This document shows, piece after piece, positions 60,406 to 64,000 of a stretch of 64,000 bases of DNA. A program made the position numbers and the translations under genes. Origin of the DNA: Desulfatiglandales bacterium (GTDB taxonomy: Bacteria > Desulfobacterota > DSM-4660 > Desulfatiglandales > HGW-15); NCBI GenBank assembly GCA_963667015.2, contig CAXXJJ010000001.1, forward strand, positions 224,001-288,000, read 5' to 3'. Numbering within the stretch: position 1 is the first letter of the stretch; the number at the start of each line of letters is the position of its first letter. Under the pieces are notes generated by a model. That model had not been told where the DNA came from, did not search any database, and saw nothing but the letters and a program-made list of their open reading frames with translations.

Positions 60406-60933
60406 AATCTTTTCTCCTTCTTTTGATAGGTAAATTGGGGTTTATTTGTGAGACCGGATTTTGAAATTCTTGTCTTTTACTGAAGAGACATATTATTTTG
60501 GCTTCCAGTCTTTGTCAAGTTTTGTGTGTGAAAAGCAGAACAAATAATGCAAAAAAAACAAATGTATGAGCAAAAAAGCAACTTTTACCAAAAATGTGTT
60601 GTCTTTGACAGCAGTTTACAGATTTCTATTCAATGTCCTTATTATTTTTATTCATGGCAATTTTCAGGTAAGCCTGCCATTAACTATAAAAAATGTTATT
60701 GAGTAAAAATGAAGCAAAAATATAAAAAAATTGAAATTTACAGATTAAAATCCAATAATGATCGGCAAGCCATTTTAGATTATGAGCTCAACAGGGAAAA
60801 ATCAATAAAATTCATTTGCAGATATTCAGGCTTTGACCTTATAAGAGTCGTTAGTTACCTTTATATGGTTACAACCAGCTTCAACTGAATTTGAGTATTG
60901 AGTAATTGTTAATTCAAAAGAATGAGGAGCCCA

Positions 60934-63576
60934 ATGAAGACATACAATTTCAAGATTTATGCGATTATCCTGTTTTCCTCCCTTTTCGCTTTATTTTCCT
61001 GCAGCAGTGAACCGGAGAGTATCGAGGAGGCAAAATATGAGTTTGCCTTTCAAAACCCGGACCTTCCCCGTGATGCAAGAATTAATGACCTGATTAATCG
61101 CATGACGCTGGAAGAAAAGGTTTCTCAGCTTTCCAATACTTCTCCCGCAATTGAGAGGTTAGGGGTACCGGAATATAACTGGTGGAATGAGGCCCTGCAT
61201 GGTGTTGCCCGTGCCGGCCATGCAACGGTTTTCCCGCAGGCCATTGGGCTGGCTGCCACATGGAATTCCGATCTTATATATGAAGTCGCAGATGTAATCT
61301 CCACAGAAGCCCGAGCCAAGCATCACGAGGCATTAAGGAATAACGATCGCGGAAAGTATAAGGGCCTGACATTCTGGTCCCCAAACATAAATATTTTTCG
61401 TGACCCCAGATGGGGAAGAGGCCAGGAAACCTATGGCGAAGATCCTTATCTGACTTCACGTATTGGAGTAGCCTTTGTTAAAGGGCTCCAGGGAGACGAC
61501 CCCAAGTTTATGAAGGTTGCCGCCTGTGCGAAACATTTCGCTGTTCACAACGGCCCCGAGCATTTGCGCCATGAATTTGATGTTACGGTCAGTGAACGGG
61601 ATTTGTGGGAGACCTATCTTCCCGCCTTTAAGGCACTTGTCACGGAAGCAGATGTAGAAGCCGTTATGTGTGCCTATAATCGATATGACGGAGAGGCCTG
61701 TTGTGGAAGTGACCGGCTGCTTCGCAATATTTTGAGAGATCAATGGGGTTTTGACGGGCACATTGTCTCTGACTGTGGTGCGGTTGCCGATATCTACGCT
61801 AATCATAAGATTGTAGAAACTGCGCCTGAAGCGATCGCTCTTGCTATAAAAAGCGGTACCGATGTCAGATGCGGATGGGCTGATCCTCAATTAATGGAAG
61901 CGGTTAACGAGGGTTTGATTGCTGAAGATGATATCAATATTGCTTTAACTCACCTTTTAAATACAAGGTTTAAACTTGGCATGTTTGACCCGCCCGAGAT
62001 GGTGCCCTATGCCCGGATACCCTATGAAAAAAATAACGCACCGGAGCATAGTCAACTAGCCCTTAAGACGACACGGCAATCTATTGTCCTGCTTAAAAAT
62101 GAGAACTCTATCCTGCCATTATCAAAGAATCTGAAAAAGGTCGCAGTAATCGGACCAAACGCCGATAATTATGATTCTCTGCTTGGAAATTATAATGGTA
62201 CGCCTGTGGAGTATTCAACTGTCCTCACAGGAATTAAAAAGATCCTTCCGGAATCAACGGAAGTGGTCCATTCAATCGGAGTCAATTATCTTGGTGAAAA
62301 ATATGTCCTGATGCCCATACCGAAAGAATCCTTTTTCTATAACGGTGAAAACGGGATCAGGGCATCCTACTATTCAAATACCGAGCTCAAGGGGGAACCC
62401 TTTAAGGTCAAAATCGATAAAGATATAAACACTGTTTACGCCTACGGCCCGCCTCTGGAGGGCATGCCCCAGGATGGTTTTTCCATCCGCTGGGAAGGAG
62501 AGATCAAGGCGGGCACTACCGGGAAGTATTATATCGGCCTGAGAGGTGATGACGGTTTCAGGCTCTATATCGGGGACAAACTTGTGATTGATGCCTGGGA
62601 GGGGAGCGGTAAAAAATCGGAGTCCATTGAGCTGGACTTTGAGAAAGATAAATTCTACCCTTTTAAACTGGAATACTATGATGAAATGAACAATGCCCTG
62701 ATAATGTTTGGATGGCATGAACCCGGCTACGATTTACATGATCGTGCAATTCAGGCGGCCTCAGATGCAGATGCCATAATATTTGTTGGCGGAATAACTC
62801 CGCGCCTGGAAGGTGAAGAAATGGGAGAGCAGGTTAAATTTGAAGGCTTTTACCGCGGTGATCGAACAAAAATATCCCTGCCGGCCCCCCAGACGGAAAT
62901 GTTAAAGGATCTCGCGAAACTAAATAAACCGCTTGTATTTGTTAATATGAGCGGAGGAGCTGTTTCAATGAACTGGGAAAATGAACATGTCCCTGCAATC
63001 CTGCAGGCATGGTACCCGGGACAGGCGGGAGGCGAGGCAATCGCCGATATAATTTTTGGAGATTACAATCCTGCCGGCAGACTACCGGTTACCGTATATA
63101 AATCCGTAGACCAGCTCCCCGATTATGAAAATTATGACATGGAAGGTCATACCTATCGTTATTTTAATGGTGACCCTCTCTATCCCTTTGGTTATGGTCT
63201 GAGTTATTCCGATTTTGAATACGGCAATCTCAGTGTAACACCAGGGGTAATAGAAAAAGACAAAAATATCTCAGTTTCAGTTGACGTGAAAAACACATCA
63301 AAAGTTGACGGAGATGAGGTTATTCAGGTTTATATAACTGATAATAAGGCTTCGTTCCCTGTACCGATAAAATCATTAAAGGCGTTTAAAAGAATACATC
63401 TTAAGGCAGGCCAAAAAGAGACTGTGACCTTTAGTTTAACGCCTGATGATTTTGGGTTGTATGATGATGCCATGAAACGCATTGTTGAACCAGGAGATTT
63501 CACTGTAATGGTTGGAGGGAATTCCAGCAGTGGAATAAAGGCTACAATTGCAGCAGAAACCAAAATAGATATTTAA
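60934..63576 (+). CDS. GH3 beta-xylosidase/glucosidase with PA14 and Fn3 domains (lipoprotein)
   Basis: WWNEALHG, WSPNIN..RDPRWGRGQET, AKHF, SDCGA and EGEE. Confidence 0.92.
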   Translation: MKTYNFKIYAIILFSSLFALFSCSSEPESIEEAKYEFAFQNPDLPRDARINDLINRMTLEEKVSQLSNTSPAIERLGVPEYNWWNEALHGVARAGHATVFPQAIGLAATWNSDLIYEVADVISTEARAKHHEALRNNDRGKYKGLTFWSPNINIFRDPRWGRGQETYGEDPYLTSRIGVAFVKGLQGDDPKFMKVAACAKHFAVHNGPEHLRHEFDVTVSERDLWETYLPAFKALVTEADVEAVMCAYNRYDGEACCGSDRLLRNILRDQWGFDGHIVSDCGAVADIYANHKIVETAPEAIALAIKSGTDVRCGWADPQLMEAVNEGLIAEDDINIALTHLLNTRFKLGMFDPPEMVPYARIPYEKNNAPEHSQLALKTTRQSIVLLKNENSILPLSKNLKKVAVIGPNADNYDSLLGNYNGTPVEYSTVLTGIKKILPESTEVVHSIGVNYLGEKYVLMPIPKESFFYNGENGIRASYYSNTELKGEPFKVKIDKDINTVYAYGPPLEGMPQDGFSIRWEGEIKAGTTGKYYIGLRGDDGFRLYIGDKLVIDAWEGSGKKSESIELDFEKDKFYPFKLEYYDEMNNALIMFGWHEPGYDLHDRAIQAASDADAIIFVGGITPRLEGEEMGEQVKFEGFYRGDRTKISLPAPQTEMLKDLAKLNKPLVFVNMSGGAVSMNWENEHVPAILQAWYPGQAGGEAIADIIFGDYNPAGRLPVTVYKSVDQLPDYENYDMEGHTYRYFNGDPLYPFGYGLSYSDFEYGNLSVTPGVIEKDKNISVSVDVKNTSKVDGDEVIQVYITDNKASFPVPIKSLKAFKRIHLKAGQKETVTFSLTPDDFGLYDDAMKRIVEPGDFTVMVGGNSSSGIKATIAAETKIDI

Positions 63577-63610
63577 GAATTAACACTTTAAATTTAAGTA
63601 ATCCGAAAAG

Positions 63611-63640
63611 GCAGGGGCAGACACACAGGTCTGCCCCTGC
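63611..63640. repeat. REP-like palindrome/bidirectional terminator
   Basis: GCAGGGGCAGAC-ACACAG-GTCTGCCCCTGC between convergent genes. Confidence 0.6.
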
Positions 63641-63645
63641 AATTA

Positions 63646-64000
63646 TTATGCATCCTCTCTCATTTTTTCAGCAGCTTCAATAATCTGTGAAGCGGCAGCT
63701 TTTATCTGTTCCCTGTCATTGAGTCTCCCGAGGGTCAATCTTAACGTACCCATTCCTACCTCCGGACTTACCCCCATTGCGGAAAGAACATGGGACAATT
63801 TAACAGTCCTGTCATGGCAGGCAGCCCCGGTAGAAGCCACAACATATTCCAGCATGCCAAGAAGCTTTCCCCCGTCTATACCCGGAATGGAAACATTCAA
63901 TGTATTAGGAAGCCTTTCTTCCGGGTGCCCGTTTAACATAAGGTCATCAATACCTTTAAAAAGAAGTTCCTGAAGAAGATCCCTCAATTCCTTTATTTCT
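63646..64000 (-). CDS. Cysteine desulfurase (NifS/IscS type), 3' end
   Basis: RLPNTLNVS, STGAAC, SHVL.AMG and LRLTLGR. Confidence 0.9.
   Translation of the reverse strand, partial: EIKELRDLLQELLFKGIDDLMLNGHPEERLPNTLNVSIPGIDGGKLLGMLEYVVASTGAACHDRTVKLSHVLSAMGVSPEVGMGTLRLTLGRLNDREQIKAAASQIIEAAEKMREDA

Noticed and set aside
1827..63973. Many short ORFs antisense to or overlapping clear genes
   Set aside because: Shadow frames with no motifs or RBS

Overview
Bacterial DNA, most consistent with an anaerobic Desulfobacterota (deltaproteobacterial) genome; this is inferred from gene content. Layout: (1) 1-1.5 kb, decaying toxin-antitoxin loci (higBA, PIN, phd/parE). (2) 1.7-18.5 kb, a large oxidative/nitrosative stress island: sigma54 activator, two rubredoxins, rubrerythrin, Tpx, desulfoferrodoxin, a Ni-CO dehydrogenase, a flavodiiron protein, an octaheme HAO-like cytochrome, Grx/FTR and NiSOD. 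(3) 19.9-21.5 kb, a three-gene hip locus whose kinase is broken by a templated insertion. (4) About 21.7-34.4 kb, an integron cassette array with no integrase in the window. Three group II introns from two lineages sit in the top-strand R' core (CGTTAG) of attC sites, and their EBS1 loops are complementary to that core. One ORF-less cassette carries covarying palindromes. (5) 34.4-55 kb, mixed metabolic genes (GH67, UroD-like, ABC, arylsulfotransferase). (6) 55.3-59.2 kb, two exported UxxC selenoproteins (UGSC family) that the ORF track splits at in-frame TGA codons. (7) A GH3 glycosidase and the 3' end of a cysteine desulfurase. No rRNA, tRNA or CRISPR array was recognised.
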